DNA of 43,597 nt from an uncultured Christensenella sp. (GCA_949293925.1 CASFFI010000015.1:1-43597); one strand, 5' to 3'. Positions 1 to 11,000 are shown, counted from the stretch's first letter. Notes: generated by a model from the letters alone, not told the origin. Numbers and translations: made by a program.

Positions 1-1031
1 CTTATCATTTTTCCTTTTTCTCGTGCCTTATTAAAATCACCACATTCCACTAGGTCATTATATTTTACAATTTCAGCCCTTATGAATCCTCGTTCAAAAT
101 CGCTATGAATAACACCCGCCGCCTGAGGAGCAAGTGTGCCTTTTTTTATAGTCCAAGCACGAACTTCCTTTTCTCCAGCAGTTAAAAAAGTTTGCAATCC
201 CAAAAGATTAAAACTAGAAACAATTAATTTATCAAGTCCTGTGCTTGAAATGTTTAATTCTTTAAAAAACATTTCCCGTTCATCATCATCTAAATTCAAT
301 AAATCTTCTTCTAATTTTGCACATAACACAACTACTTGAGCCCCTTCGTTGTTTGCATAATTTTTAATCTTTTGTATATTTTGATTTTGAAAATCATCAA
401 GTTCTTCAGAAGTGTTCGCAACATATATGATAGGTTTTGATGTAATCAAAAAAAATTGTTTCAAAAGCAAATTTTCCTCATCATCTAATTTAAGACTTCT
501 GGCAGGCATACCATTAGACAAAACCTCTTTTATTTTTAGTAACAAGTCCATTTCTTTTTTTGCCATCTCATCTTTACTGCCATTTGCAATTTTAGAAACT
601 CTTGACAATCTTTTTTCTATTGTTTCAATATCGGATAAAATCAATTCAAGATTTATTGTTTCAATATCTCTTAATGCATCTACACTGCCATCTACATGTA
701 TTATGTTATCATCTTTAAAACATCTGACAACTTCAACTATAGCATCAACTTCACGAATATGACTTAAAAATTTATTTCCAAGCCCTGCTCCTTCGCTGGC
801 TCCTTTTACAAGTCCCGCAATGTCAACAAACTTAACTTGAGCAGGTGTAATTTTTTGTGTATTATATATTTTTGCCAAAACATTCAATCGTTCATCTTTT
901 ACATCGACAATACCTACATTTGGTTCAATTGTACAAAAAGGATAATTTGCACTCATTGCCCCAGCACGAGTTATTGCATTAAATAAAGTGCTTTTCCCAA
1001 CATTAGGAAGCCCTACTATACCTAATTCCAT
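1..1031 (-). CDS. ychF: Ribosome-binding ATPase YchF (Obg-like family); about 20 C-terminal codons are cut off by the window edge
   Basis: Absent from the ORF track because it runs off the window. My own translation from the ATG (complement of 1029-1031) reads MELGIVGLPNVGKSTLFNAITRAGAMSANYPFCTIEPNVGIVDVKDERL... and stays in frame to base 3 (...NDLVECGDFNKAREKGKMI). The P-loop GLPNVGKST and YPFCTIEPN are YchF hallmarks. An AGGAG SD lies just upstream. Confidence 0.9.
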   Translation of the reverse strand, partial: MELGIVGLPNVGKSTLFNAITRAGAMSANYPFCTIEPNVGIVDVKDERLNVLAKIYNTQKITPAQVKFVDIAGLVKGASEGAGLGNKFLSHIREVDAIVEVVRCFKDDNIIHVDGSVDALRDIETINLELILSDIETIEKRLSRVSKIANGSKDEMAKKEMDLLLKIKEVLSNGMPARSLKLDDEENLLLKQFFLITSKPIIYVANTSEELDDFQNQNIQKIKNYANNEGAQVVVLCAKLEEDLLNLDDDEREMFFKELNISSTGLDKLIVSSFNLLGLQTFLTAGEKEVRAWTIKKGTLAPQAAGVIHSDFERGFIRAEIVKYNDLVECGDFNKAREKGKMI

Positions 1032-1174
1032 ATTTCTCCTAATATTTAAAATAATGTAATCTTAACAACATTCTATGTCGTAATTTTAATATTTAAAGTT
1101 GTAATACATAAATTTTGTGGTTTTAAAATTTTCAATTTATAAAAATCAAATTATTCAATTAAATTTTAGCCATT

Positions 1175-1618
1175 TTAACTTCGTACCAAAACCAACTCAT
1201 CATCACCTTTACTAGATTTAGTATCTATTTTAATGCCTAAAATTTCTTCCACATCTTTTAATAAACTTTCACAATCTTTAACATTTTCTAAAATATTTTT
1301 AATTTTTGCACTATTTAAAGCCATTTTTAAATACACGCCAACGCCAACTGTACTACATAAAATTGTAGCAATTAAATTTTCGCACAAAAACGATGGCACA
1401 ATTAGTGTCGAATCAAAAAGCCCAACTAATGATAAAATTCTGTTTTGTTCATTTAAATCATTTATTTTAGCTTTTGATTTATCAATTATATGTTTTAATT
1501 TATTTGCATTTCTAATATAGAGCAATTCTAATAAATTTTTATCACCGTCTTTTTTATATTGATTTAGACCGATTTTTAATTCTTTATCTGCAGGAACATC
1601 AATTTTACACACATTCAT
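1175..1618 (-). CDS. Hypothetical protein (147 aa) with a central hydrophobic segment
   Basis: ORF with a GAGGA SD a few nt upstream of the ATG. I recognise no motif. Confidence 0.5.
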   Translation of the reverse strand: MNVCKIDVPADKELKIGLNQYKKDGDKNLLELLYIRNANKLKHIIDKSKAKINDLNEQNRILSLVGLFDSTLIVPSFLCENLIATILCSTVGVGVYLKMALNSAKIKNILENVKDCESLLKDVEEILGIKIDTKSSKGDDELVLVRS

Positions 1619-1762
1619 ATAATCCTCAAAAAAAACATATTGATTTTTTAATTTTTATCATAAATTAAATCAATTTTACTAATTGTAATACAAAAATTTA
1701 ACTTTTGCAATAATTTTTTTATAAATTGTTATAAATATTATATTTTAGCATAATAAACAACT

Positions 1763-2509
1763 ATGGAAATTATAAAATATTCTCTAATAGGTATTATACA
1801 AGGATTGACTGAATTTTTACCTATATCATCTAGCGGACACATTGTAATTTTATCAAAACTTTTAAATATTGATGCGGACAATCTACTACTATCAATAATT
1901 GCACACTTAGGGACATTGATTGCTGTATTAATTATATACAGAAAAGAAGTATTTGAAATTATTTCACACCCAACAAAAAAAAATTCCAAACTATTAATAA
2001 TCGCAACAATACCCACCGTTTTGATTGTATTATTATTAAATAATTTCATTGATTCAATATTTTCAGGAACGCTTTTAATTATTAGTTTTTTGTTGACAGC
2101 AATGTTTTTATTTTTAGTTGACCTTTTGCCTCAAAGGAATAATCCGTTAGATTATAAATCTGCTTTTATTATGGGGACTGTTCAAGGTTTTGCAATATTT
2201 CCTGGAATTAGCAGAAGCGGAAGCACTCTAATTTCAGGTATTATAATAGGGCTGGACAAAGAAAAAGCAACTGACTTTTCTTTTATAATGAGTATCCCAA
2301 TAATAATTTGTTCGCTATTATACGAAATTTTTATTAAACAGCCACAAATATCATCAACTCAAATCACTCCTTTAATATTTGCTTTCATTACATCATTTAT
2401 CTTTGGAATAATTTCTATAAAATTTATGCTAAAATTTATTAAAAAAGTAAAATTAAAAGTTTTTGCAATATATTTAATAATTTTATCTGTGATACTTATA
2501 ATTCTTTAA
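1763..2509 (+). CDS. uppP: Undecaprenyl-diphosphate phosphatase (BacA/UppP)
   Basis: Polytopic membrane protein with the GLTEFLPISSSGH and FPGISRSGST motifs typical of UppP. Confidence 0.9.
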   Translation: MEIIKYSLIGIIQGLTEFLPISSSGHIVILSKLLNIDADNLLLSIIAHLGTLIAVLIIYRKEVFEIISHPTKKNSKLLIIATIPTVLIVLLLNNFIDSIFSGTLLIISFLLTAMFLFLVDLLPQRNNPLDYKSAFIMGTVQGFAIFPGISRSGSTLISGIIIGLDKEKATDFSFIMSIPIIICSLLYEIFIKQPQISSTQITPLIFAFITSFIFGIISIKFMLKFIKKVKLKVFAIYLIILSVILIIL

Positions 2510-2632
2510 AAAATTGAAAGATTTTAAAAAAAATGTTAAAAAATAAAAAAAATTGACTAAAATGTGTGATTTTATTTTAAAAAAAATAAATTTTATGTTA
2601 AAATTTACTGAATATTCAAACAAGGAGAAGTT

Positions 2633-3508
2633 ATGAAAATTGCAATAGTATCTGACAGCAATTCAGGTTTGGAAGAAGATTTACAAAAAAAATATGATAT
2701 TCATATAATACCAATGCCCTTTATTGTTGACGGAAATGAGTATCACGAAAATAAAGATTTGACACAAAAAGAATTTTATAAATATCTGAAAGAAAACAAA
2801 GAGGTATCAACATCTCAACCTAGTGAATATGAAATAACAAGTGTTTGGGACGAACTATTAAAAGAATATGATGAAATAGTTCACATACCAATGTCATCTG
2901 CCTTATCTATGTCAACTGAATCCGCAAAAAAATATGCAGAGCGCTACAACGATAAAGTTCAAGTAGTAGATAACAAACGAATATCCATTACATTAAAGTC
3001 TTCACTAATTGAGGCAAGATATCTAGCAAACGAATCTAAAACCGCAAAAGAGATAAAGGAAATATTAGAAAAAAATTCTGGGCTGAATTCGATTTATATA
3101 ATGGTACCTACCTTGAAATATTTAAAAAAAGGAGGTCGAATAACTCCAGCGACAGCGGCACTTGGAACGCTTTTAGGAATAAAGCCTGTACTGACTATTC
3201 AATGCGGAAAACTTGATACATTTGCAAAAGTGTTAAATGTAAAACAAGCAGAAACAAAGATGATTGCTCAAATCAAAAAAGAAATTGAAACAAGATTTTC
3301 AAAAGAATACAAAGAAAATAAATTGCATTTGGCTTTTGCTCATAGTGACAACGAAATTGAAATTGAACACTTCAAACAAATGGCAATCGAAGCACTACCT
3401 AAAATACCTATTTTTTCAATAGACCCTCTACCTCTTAGTATTGCCTGTCATATAGGAGCAAAATCTGTAGCAATTGCACTTGCAGTAAGTGATTATCCGC
3501 TTATTTAA
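2633..3508 (+). CDS. DegV family fatty-acid-binding protein
   Basis: MKIAIVSDSNSGL N-terminus, about 290 aa, and YLKKGGRITPA in the C-terminal half, which is typical DegV organisation. AAGGAG SD upstream. Confidence 0.85.
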   Translation: MKIAIVSDSNSGLEEDLQKKYDIHIIPMPFIVDGNEYHENKDLTQKEFYKYLKENKEVSTSQPSEYEITSVWDELLKEYDEIVHIPMSSALSMSTESAKKYAERYNDKVQVVDNKRISITLKSSLIEARYLANESKTAKEIKEILEKNSGLNSIYIMVPTLKYLKKGGRITPATAALGTLLGIKPVLTIQCGKLDTFAKVLNVKQAETKMIAQIKKEIETRFSKEYKENKLHLAFAHSDNEIEIEHFKQMAIEALPKIPIFSIDPLPLSIACHIGAKSVAIALAVSDYPLI

Positions 3509-3515
3509 GATAAAC

Positions 3516-5306
3516 TTAAGATTTATGAAAAGCGTCAAAAATATTTTTGGCGACTTTTTTATTTAATCCCTTAACTGATTGTAATTCTTCAAGTGATGCA
3601 GACTGAATATTAGAAATCGTTTTAAAATAAGATATCAATAGTTGCCTTGTAGCAGGACCAACCCCACTTATTGCTTGTAATCCACCTTTATAAGTATTTT
3701 TATTTCTAAGACTCCTATTGTAGGTTATGGCAAATCTATGTGCTTCATCTCTTGCTAATTGAACTAACCTTAAAGCCTCATCACCGCGTTTTAAAAATAT
3801 AGATTCAGTTTTATTTGGTATAAATATTTCATCAAGTCTTTTTGCAATGCTTATAACATCGTTTTTATAGTTAAATTTTTTCAAAATAGAAATAGCACTG
3901 TTTAATTGTCCTTTACCTCCGTCTAAAATTATTAAATCAGGCATTGAAGAAAAACTTTCATCATCACTAGATATCTTTTCAAATCTTCTTGTTAAAACTT
4001 CTTCCATTGCTTTAAAATCATCAATAAAATCAACATTTTTAATCCTGAATTTCCTATAGTGCGATTTTGCTTTGTTTCCATTTATTAAAACAGACATTGA
4101 TGCAACAGTATCCACACCAAAAGTATTTGAAATATCATAACATTCAATTCTTTTTGGCAAAACTGATAAATTCAAATTATTTTTAAGTTTTTGTAAAGCA
4201 CCTAGCGTTAAGTTTTCGTTTTTTAGATTTTCTTCAATATTCTTTTGAATGTGCAGTTTTGCATTATTTTTGCAAATATTCAATAAATTTAATTTAACAC
4301 CCTTATTAGCGACTGTAATATTTGGTTTTACTTTATATTTGTTAAATATAAATTCTTTAAAAGCATCAATTCCTTCAAAAAAGTTAGAGACAATAATTTC
4401 ATCACACAGATATGGATTAGATGAATAATATTGAGTTAAAAATTGGCTATATACTTCAGTTTCATTTATAAAATTTAATATATCAAAAGTCCTAACCCCC
4501 AACATTTTTCCACCGCGCACGACTATTAAGCACAAAGCACTTAAACTTCCAATAGTCTCAAATGCAAAAACATCATAATTTGCATCTGTTCTAAGTTGAG
4601 TTACAATTTTAGATTTTAACCTTTCTAAAACTTTCAACATATCTCTTAACTTTAATGCAGTTTCAAAATTTTCACTATTTGATGCTTTCATCATTTTTTC
4701 TTTTAAAATATCTTCGATGTTTTTAATATCACCATTTAAAAATTTTATTGCAGAATTTACAATTAAATTGTAATCAACTTCATTTATTTTGTTTTCACAA
4801 GGTGCTGAACAAAGTCCCATTTGATAGTACAAGCAAGCCTTTTTAGGCATAGATTTGCATTTTCTAAGCGGATAAGCATAATTTATAATTTCTAAAATGT
4901 CATCAGCCTTTAACCCCGCAAAAAAAGGACCAAAATATTTTCCATTACCCAACTTTCTTGAAATCTCAAATCTTGGAAATTTTTGTTTTAAATTAATCTT
5001 AATATAAGCATAACTTTTACTATCTTTTAAAAGGATATTGTAATGTGGCTGATATTTTTTTATAAGATTATTTTCTAACGCCAAAGCATCATATTCACTA
5101 GCAACAACAAAGTAGTCCAAATCTCTAACACTTTCAACCATATTTTTAACTTTTTGAATCTCTTGTTTTCTATGAAAATATTGCCATACTCTTTTCTTTA
5201 AATCTTTTGCTTTTCCTACATAAATAACGTGTCCATACTCATCTTTCATTAGATACACGCCTGGATCGTGAGGCAAAACTTTTAATTTATTTTCAAATTC
5301 TCTCAT
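3516..5306 (-). CDS. uvrC: Excinuclease ABC subunit C
   Basis: GIY-YIG N-terminus (GVYLMKDEYGHVIYVGKAKDLKKRV), 596 aa, and a C-terminal helix-hairpin-helix region (ISGVGPATRQLLISYF). Confidence 0.95.
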   Translation of the reverse strand: MREFENKLKVLPHDPGVYLMKDEYGHVIYVGKAKDLKKRVWQYFHRKQEIQKVKNMVESVRDLDYFVVASEYDALALENNLIKKYQPHYNILLKDSKSYAYIKINLKQKFPRFEISRKLGNGKYFGPFFAGLKADDILEIINYAYPLRKCKSMPKKACLYYQMGLCSAPCENKINEVDYNLIVNSAIKFLNGDIKNIEDILKEKMMKASNSENFETALKLRDMLKVLERLKSKIVTQLRTDANYDVFAFETIGSLSALCLIVVRGGKMLGVRTFDILNFINETEVYSQFLTQYYSSNPYLCDEIIVSNFFEGIDAFKEFIFNKYKVKPNITVANKGVKLNLLNICKNNAKLHIQKNIEENLKNENLTLGALQKLKNNLNLSVLPKRIECYDISNTFGVDTVASMSVLINGNKAKSHYRKFRIKNVDFIDDFKAMEEVLTRRFEKISSDDESFSSMPDLIILDGGKGQLNSAISILKKFNYKNDVISIAKRLDEIFIPNKTESIFLKRGDEALRLVQLARDEAHRFAITYNRSLRNKNTYKGGLQAISGVGPATRQLLISYFKTISNIQSASLEELQSVKGLNKKVAKNIFDAFHKS

Positions 5307-5312
5307 AACATA

Positions 5313-5341
5313 ATTATATACAAATAAATTTTTGTAGTCAA
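5313..5341 (-). promoter_or_regulatory. Sigma-70-type promoter of uvrC, TTGACT-17-TATAAT, ending 6 nt before the ATG
   Basis: The complement of 5336-5341 is TTGACT, the spacer is 17 nt, and the complement of 5313-5318 is TATAAT. Only TATGTT separates the -10 from the ATG, and there is no SD. Confidence 0.5.
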
Positions 5342-5472
5342 TTTTTAAAATTTAATTATCTGCATCATTATTGCTTACAAAAAAATTATAATTACCTGTA
5401 AACAATCACTTGCATTAAAATCAATATATTTTTATACAGTTCTTAAATTTATTTAAAAACATATAATATTTT

Positions 5473-6384
5473 GTGAAAAAATATAAAAAAATTCTAAATA
5501 TTGTCATTTTTATAGTAATTTTTTTAATAATTCCTGTATTTTTTCTTTTTTCGTCAAAAAAAATATACATGTTGGACAACAAAAAAAAAGAATTACAAAT
5601 ATTTACTATTTATCATATTGAAACTTTTGAAGGTGGCGGAAAAAGTAGATTATCCTATTTAAACGAGATTGCAAGGGCATTTGAAAAAGAAAATAAAGGC
5701 ATACTTATTATGACAAAAATGATATCACCCGATAAATTAGAAAAGACCTTAGAAAATGAACCAGCAGACATGATATCATTTGGTTATGGTGTAGGAGAAA
5801 TAATATTGCCTTATTTAAATCCAATAAATTCCAATTATGGTGTTAATAATAATTTTATATATTCCTCTACTTTTAATAACAAATTTTATGCTATACCATA
5901 CATATCTAGCGGATACATAATTGCAAAAAAAACAAATTCAAATAATTTAGATTATGTATATTCAAATAATACTCTTACAAGTTGCGAACCAATTTTAAAG
6001 AAATTATCTATACCAAAACTAGAAAGTACTTACACTCAATACGAAGCATACAAAGAATTTGTAAACTCACCAATTTCAAGTCTAATAGGTACGGGCAGAG
6101 ATTTGTATAGATTAAAAAATTTATCTACAATAGGCAGATTAGATACAAGTTTTAATTACATAGATTATTATACTGATTTAATACAATATTTTGGAATTAT
6201 AAAGACTAACGAAATCAGTTTAAACTTTTTAGAATTTCTATTAAAGAATGAAAATCAAATGACATTAAGCGAATATTCTTTATTTTCCACTAAACCACTT
6301 ACATTATATTTTTCAAACGAATATAAGGAAATGGAAAGTGCAATAAAAAAATGTTTTGTACCCAATGTTTTCAAAAAGGAATAG
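5473..6384 (+). CDS. Hypothetical membrane-anchored protein (303 aa, GTG start, N-terminal TM helix)
   Basis: Long ORF in AT-rich DNA with an N-terminal hydrophobic anchor IVIFIVIFLIIPVFFLF. No recognisable motif. Its stop lies 1 nt before the murB ATG. Confidence 0.55.
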   Translation: MKKYKKILNIVIFIVIFLIIPVFFLFSSKKIYMLDNKKKELQIFTIYHIETFEGGGKSRLSYLNEIARAFEKENKGILIMTKMISPDKLEKTLENEPADMISFGYGVGEIILPYLNPINSNYGVNNNFIYSSTFNNKFYAIPYISSGYIIAKKTNSNNLDYVYSNNTLTSCEPILKKLSIPKLESTYTQYEAYKEFVNSPISSLIGTGRDLYRLKNLSTIGRLDTSFNYIDYYTDLIQYFGIIKTNEISLNFLEFLLKNENQMTLSEYSLFSTKPLTLYFSNEYKEMESAIKKCFVPNVFKKE

Positions 6385-6385
6385 T

Positions 6386-7249
6386 ATGATAAAAGAATAT
6401 AAAGATTTTCCATTAAATGAAATTTCAGTAATAGGCATAGGCGGAAAAGCAAAATCTTATTTTTACACTGGCTGCATAAAAGATATTATATCAAAATTAA
6501 ATGAATTATATGATAAGAATTTAAAATACAAAATTATAGGAAATACATCTAACATATTATTTGACGATATGGGTTTTAATGGAAGTATAATCAAATTTAC
6601 AAAGGAAAATGTTATAATAAAAAATGATTATATTATAATTTATTCAGGAGCAAGATTATCAAAAGCAAATCAAATTTTAAAAGAACAGAATTTAGGTGGA
6701 CTTGAATATTTTGTATCTATTCCAGCCAATATTGGTGGTGCGATAGTAAATAATTTAAGCTGTTTCAACCACAGCATAAGTGACAACATTATAAGCGTTC
6801 GAGTCTATGATATCGATAATAAAAAAATTAAAATTTTAAAAAAAGAAAAATGCCAATTTAAATATAGAAATAGTCTTTTTAAAAATAAAAATTATCTTAT
6901 TATATCTGTAAAATTCAAAAAAATCAAAAAATCAAAAGAAAGTATAATTAAATTAACAAAAAAGTATTTAAAATTAAAAAGTTCTACACAACCACTAAAC
7001 GAAAAAAGTTTAGGTAGTGTATTTTTAAATGGCAAAAATTACCACTCCGCCAAGTTAATTGATAACTTGAATTTAAAAGGTTTCAAAATAGGTGGCGCTA
7101 TGATTTCAAATCTTCATTCTAACTTTATTATAAATTTTAACAACGCTACAAGCAGTGATTACAAAAACTTGATTTCATACATTTATAATAAAGTTAAAAA
7201 AACATACAACATAGAATTACACCCTGAAATAGAATTTTTAGATTATTAA
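6386..7249 (+). CDS. murB: UDP-N-acetylenolpyruvoylglucosamine reductase
   Basis: FAD-binding MurB motifs IGGKAKSYFY, NILFDD and GLEYFVSIPANIGGAIVNN, plus a C-terminal LGSVF. I moved the start to ATG 6386 (AAAGGA SD upstream), right after the upstream stop. The ORF-track start at 6356 overlaps the previous gene. Confidence 0.85.
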   Translation: MIKEYKDFPLNEISVIGIGGKAKSYFYTGCIKDIISKLNELYDKNLKYKIIGNTSNILFDDMGFNGSIIKFTKENVIIKNDYIIIYSGARLSKANQILKEQNLGGLEYFVSIPANIGGAIVNNLSCFNHSISDNIISVRVYDIDNKKIKILKKEKCQFKYRNSLFKNKNYLIISVKFKKIKKSKESIIKLTKKYLKLKSSTQPLNEKSLGSVFLNGKNYHSAKLIDNLNLKGFKIGGAMISNLHSNFIINFNNATSSDYKNLISYIYNKVKKTYNIELHPEIEFLDY

Positions 7250-7292
7250 ATTAAATAAATTATTTTTATTATATATTAATATATTAATGTAT

Positions 7293-7321
7293 TTGACAAA
7301 TTTCGTCATTTTGATTATATT
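7293..7321 (+). promoter_or_regulatory. Sigma-70-type promoter TTGACA-17-TATATT
   Basis: TTGACA at 7293-7298, a 17-nt spacer and TATATT at 7316-7321, about 40 nt upstream of the TM2-domain gene, which has an AAGGGA SD. Confidence 0.5.
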
Positions 7322-7360
7322 TAATACATATCGATAATATGATATTTAAAAGGGAAAAAT

Positions 7361-7708
7361 ATGTTTTGTAAACAATGTGGACAAGAAGTCGCTGACGATG
7401 CAACATTTTGCGGTCATTGTGGTTGTAATTTAAAATCTACAGAAACCACTATACCAAATGAAATAGAATTAAACATCAGTCCAAAATCTCGACTAGTCGC
7501 CCTTCTACTTGCTTTTTTTGTTGGTGGGCTAGGAATTCACAACTTTTATTTGGGTAAAAAAAGTGTTGGTATTACACAGCTTATTTTAACAATAACAATA
7601 ATTGGTGCTTTTGTAACATCTATTTGGGTTTTGGTAGATTTGATTATGATTATTGTTGGCTCTGCAAAAGATAATGATGGCAGATTAGTAAAAAAATGGT
7701 CGGAATAA
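7361..7708 (+). CDS. Zinc-ribbon plus TM2 domain membrane protein
   Basis: N-terminal CxxC...CxxC (CKQCGQ...CGHCGC) followed by a TM2-like two-helix segment (LLAFFVGGLGIHNFYLGKK...). Confidence 0.8.
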   Translation: MFCKQCGQEVADDATFCGHCGCNLKSTETTIPNEIELNISPKSRLVALLLAFFVGGLGIHNFYLGKKSVGITQLILTITIIGAFVTSIWVLVDLIMIIVGSAKDNDGRLVKKWSE

Positions 7709-7764
7709 TAAATATTATAATATTAATTTGTAAGATTAATCATTTCTTTACAGAAATCAAGCAG

Positions 7765-7801
7765 AAAGATAATGTAATTTCAATATACATTATCTTTTTT
7801 T
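7765..7801 (+). terminator. Rho-independent terminator after the TM2-domain gene
   Basis: 12-bp stem AAAGATAATGTA / TACATTATCTTT (7765-7776 and 7786-7797) with a 9-nt loop, running into a T tract. Confidence 0.7.
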
Positions 7802-7943
7802 ATTATGTAAATAAAAAATTAAGTTCTTTTCAGCAATAAAACATTAAAGATTTATTTATGGCAAAAAACAAAACTTAAACTTTTTTTCCATTATAAGATT
7901 AAACCACCTATGTTGCAAAATTTTTTCGTTTAATAAAATAAAA

Positions 7944-7987
7944 AATTAGAGCAATAAAATATATACATTTTAAAAATAGCTCTAATT
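7944..7987 (-). terminator. Possible terminator downstream of dnaE (weak)
   Basis: 9-bp stem AATTAGAGC / GCTCTAATT but with a 26-nt loop. A T-rich run follows on the minus strand. Confidence 0.3.
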
Positions 7988-8001
7988 ATATATTAAGAAT
8001 T

Positions 8002-11000
8002 TTAAAAATATACAGCGTTTCCTTTATCTAACACCGTTTCCAATTCATACAATAATGCCTCTCTAGGTTCAATAGTTAAATTTAACTTATAACTTTTATT
8101 ATCGCTTGTATTTTTGACATACACTTCACTGAAGCCTTCATAAGTTTTTAATATATTTTTTACTGCATTATGCAAATTAATATCAGTAAGGTCATACTTC
8201 ATACATAACTTTTTTTGTTTGACAGGTTTTAACACAATTTCTTCTTCAAGACTTTGTTGTTTATCTTCGCTACTTCCATCTAATAATTGTACACTATCAA
8301 TCATAACGCTAGGCTTTTGACCAGTTCTGACAGAATATTTTCCTTTTATTTTTACAAGATTATCCTGAACTAATAAATCTTTATATTTTTCATAAACATT
8401 TGGAAAAGCAACCACTTCAACACTTCCGAATAAATCTTCTATAACGCCAAACGCCATTCGTTTTCCACTTTTTGATAAATGTAATTTTATCTGACTAATA
8501 GCACCACCACAAACTACAGCATCTCCATTTTTAAAACCTGAATCCACCATCAAATCATCTTGTTGATCATCATATGGGTCTTCAATCTCATCTTCTTCTA
8601 GCATTAGCATATTTGAGGTTAAAGTAAAATCTTTCATCGCATTTCTGTAATCATCTAAAGGGTGTCCTGACAAATAAATTCCTGCAATTTCTTTTTCGTA
8701 TGCTAATTTTACTCTAGGTGTAAATTCTGGAATGTTTGGATAACTAAATCCACTGACATCTTCTTCTTTTATCAAACTGCCAAACATTGAGAATTGTCCA
8801 CTGCTTTCATTTTTCTTTTTGCTCAATACCATTTCGACAGCTTTAGGATAACAACCCATCAAACAACTCCTAGTTTTTCCAAAACAATCGAACGCCCCTG
8901 ATAAAATTAAACTTTCAAGACATCTTTTATTAAGTGCCATAGGATTTGCACGATTTACAAAATCCATAAAATCTTTAAATTCACCATATTTGTTACGTTC
9001 TTCAATTAATTCATCGATCACAGAAATGCCAACATTTCTAAGTCCGGCAAGACCAAATCTAATGCTTTTCCCATCAGTAGAAAAATATGTTACTGATTTA
9101 TTTATATCTGGTGGCAATACTTCGATTTTCTTTTCCTTTGCATAAGCAATATAATTAGTTAGTTCATCAATTTTAGTTATTCGGTTGTTTAAGATAGAAG
9201 TTATAAACTCAACTAAATAATAGCATTTTAGATAAGCAGTTTGATAAGTTACTAACGAATATGCAGCAGCGTGCGATTTATTAAAGGCGTATGAAGCAAA
9301 TGTTTCCATTTCTCCCCAAATTTTACTTGCAACTTCTTCACTGACACCTCTTTTTATTGCACCATCAATAGCACGGTTAATCTTTCCATTTGAATCAACA
9401 GTTTCAGGTTTACCATACAAAAAGACTTGTTTTTCTTTTTGCATTGCATCAATTTTTTTCTTACCCATCATACGACGAACATTGTCCGCTTGTCCTAAAG
9501 TATATCCTGCTAAATCTTGAACAATTTTCATAACTTGTTCTTGATAAACAATACAACCATAAGTAACATTTAATATAGGCTCTAAAAGTGGGTGGTCATA
9601 TTTAGTATCTTCAGGGTGATGTTTGTTGTGAACATATCTTGGAATCGAATCCATTGGTCCAGGTCTATATAGCGACACAGCGGCAATAATATCTTCCAAA
9701 AGTGTTGGTTGCAGTTCTTTCATAAATTTTTGAAAGCCCGCACTTTCAATTTGGAATATCCCTTTAGTATCCCCTGACGAGATTAATTTATATACATTTG
9801 GGTCATCATAAGTATTGTTATCAAAATCTATGTCAACGTTATGATTTTCTTTTACATACTTCATGCATTCCTTAATATCGGTTAAGTTTCTTAGTCCCAA
9901 AAAGTCCATTTTTAAATGACCTAAATGTTCAATTTGTACCATATTGTATTGAGTTGTTATATCTTCTCCATTTCTAGAAAGTGGAATATATTTATCTAGG
10001 ACATCAGCACCAATAACAACACCACAAGCGTGAGTTGAACACTGTCTTGGACTATCTTCAATTTTCATTGCAATATCCACAACTCGTTTTATATCGGGAT
10101 TTGTATTATACATTTCTACAAGTTCTGGTACTGTAAAATCTTTACCAAAATCTTTTGAACCTTCTTTAGGGTGATAAAAACCAAAAACTTTAGGCAAAAC
10201 AGGTTTTTTAAGTGTAGGAATCAATTTCGTAACATTATCAAGAACTGAATAAGGTACTCTTAATACTCTACCTACATCTTTTATAGCATTTTTCGCAGCC
10301 ATTGTGCCAAATGTTACAATTTTTACAACTCTGTCTTCGCCATATTTTCGTTTAACATATTCAATAACTTCCTGTCTTCTGCTATCTTCAAAGTCAACAT
10401 CAAAATCTGGTGCCGACACTCTTTCTGTATTCAAAAACCTTTCAAAGAACAAATCGTATTTTAAAGGGTCAATATTTGTAATACCTATCGCATAAGCCAC
10501 AATAGAACCAGCACCGGAACCTCTACCTGGCCCTACTGAAATTCCCATTTCTCTGGCGGCGTTGATATAATCCCAAACTATTAGGAAATATTCAATATAT
10601 CCTTGCTTTTGAATTACACCAAATTCCATTTCAAATCTATCAAGAACGGTTTTTGTTAGTTCTTTGTATTTTTTCTTAAGCCCGTCCATTGCTAGTTTTC
10701 TTAAATATTCTGCTGGAGTGTAACCTTCTGGCGGTTGATATTTAGGATAAAGATAATGTCCATACTCAAATTTAACATTACACTTGTCAGCGATTTCTAA
10801 AGTTGTATCAAGCGCTTCAATATCATTAGGGAAAACTTGTTCCATTTCTTCCCTTGTTTTAAAATAAAACTCGTCATTTGGAAATTTTAACCTATCAGTG
10901 TCATCAATAGTCTTTTGCATTTGCACACACATCAATACATCTTGCGCCTGAGAATCTTCTCTTTCAATATAATGGCAGTCATTAGTAGCAACCGTTTTGA

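Noticed and set aside
136-762. Two plus-strand ORFs (136-339 and 412-762) from the ORF track
   Set aside because: They lie antisense inside the clearly recognisable ychF reading frame, and their products are low-complexity S/F/I/K-rich sequences with no SD. The same reasoning applies to the other antisense ORFs at 1233-1520, 1738-2049, 6255-6452, 10304-10495, 12034-12276, 12899-13102, 13817-14005, 16728-17240, 18693-18896, 22018-22224, 25664-26091, 27893-28132, 28969-29187, 35003-35281, 42238-42435 and 42925-43236.
7795-7815. dif/Xer recombination site (TATTATGTAAA resembles the right arm of the Bacillus dif)
   Set aside because: Only the A/T-rich half matches, and there is no left arm with the proper spacing. 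Such strings are expected by chance in this composition.
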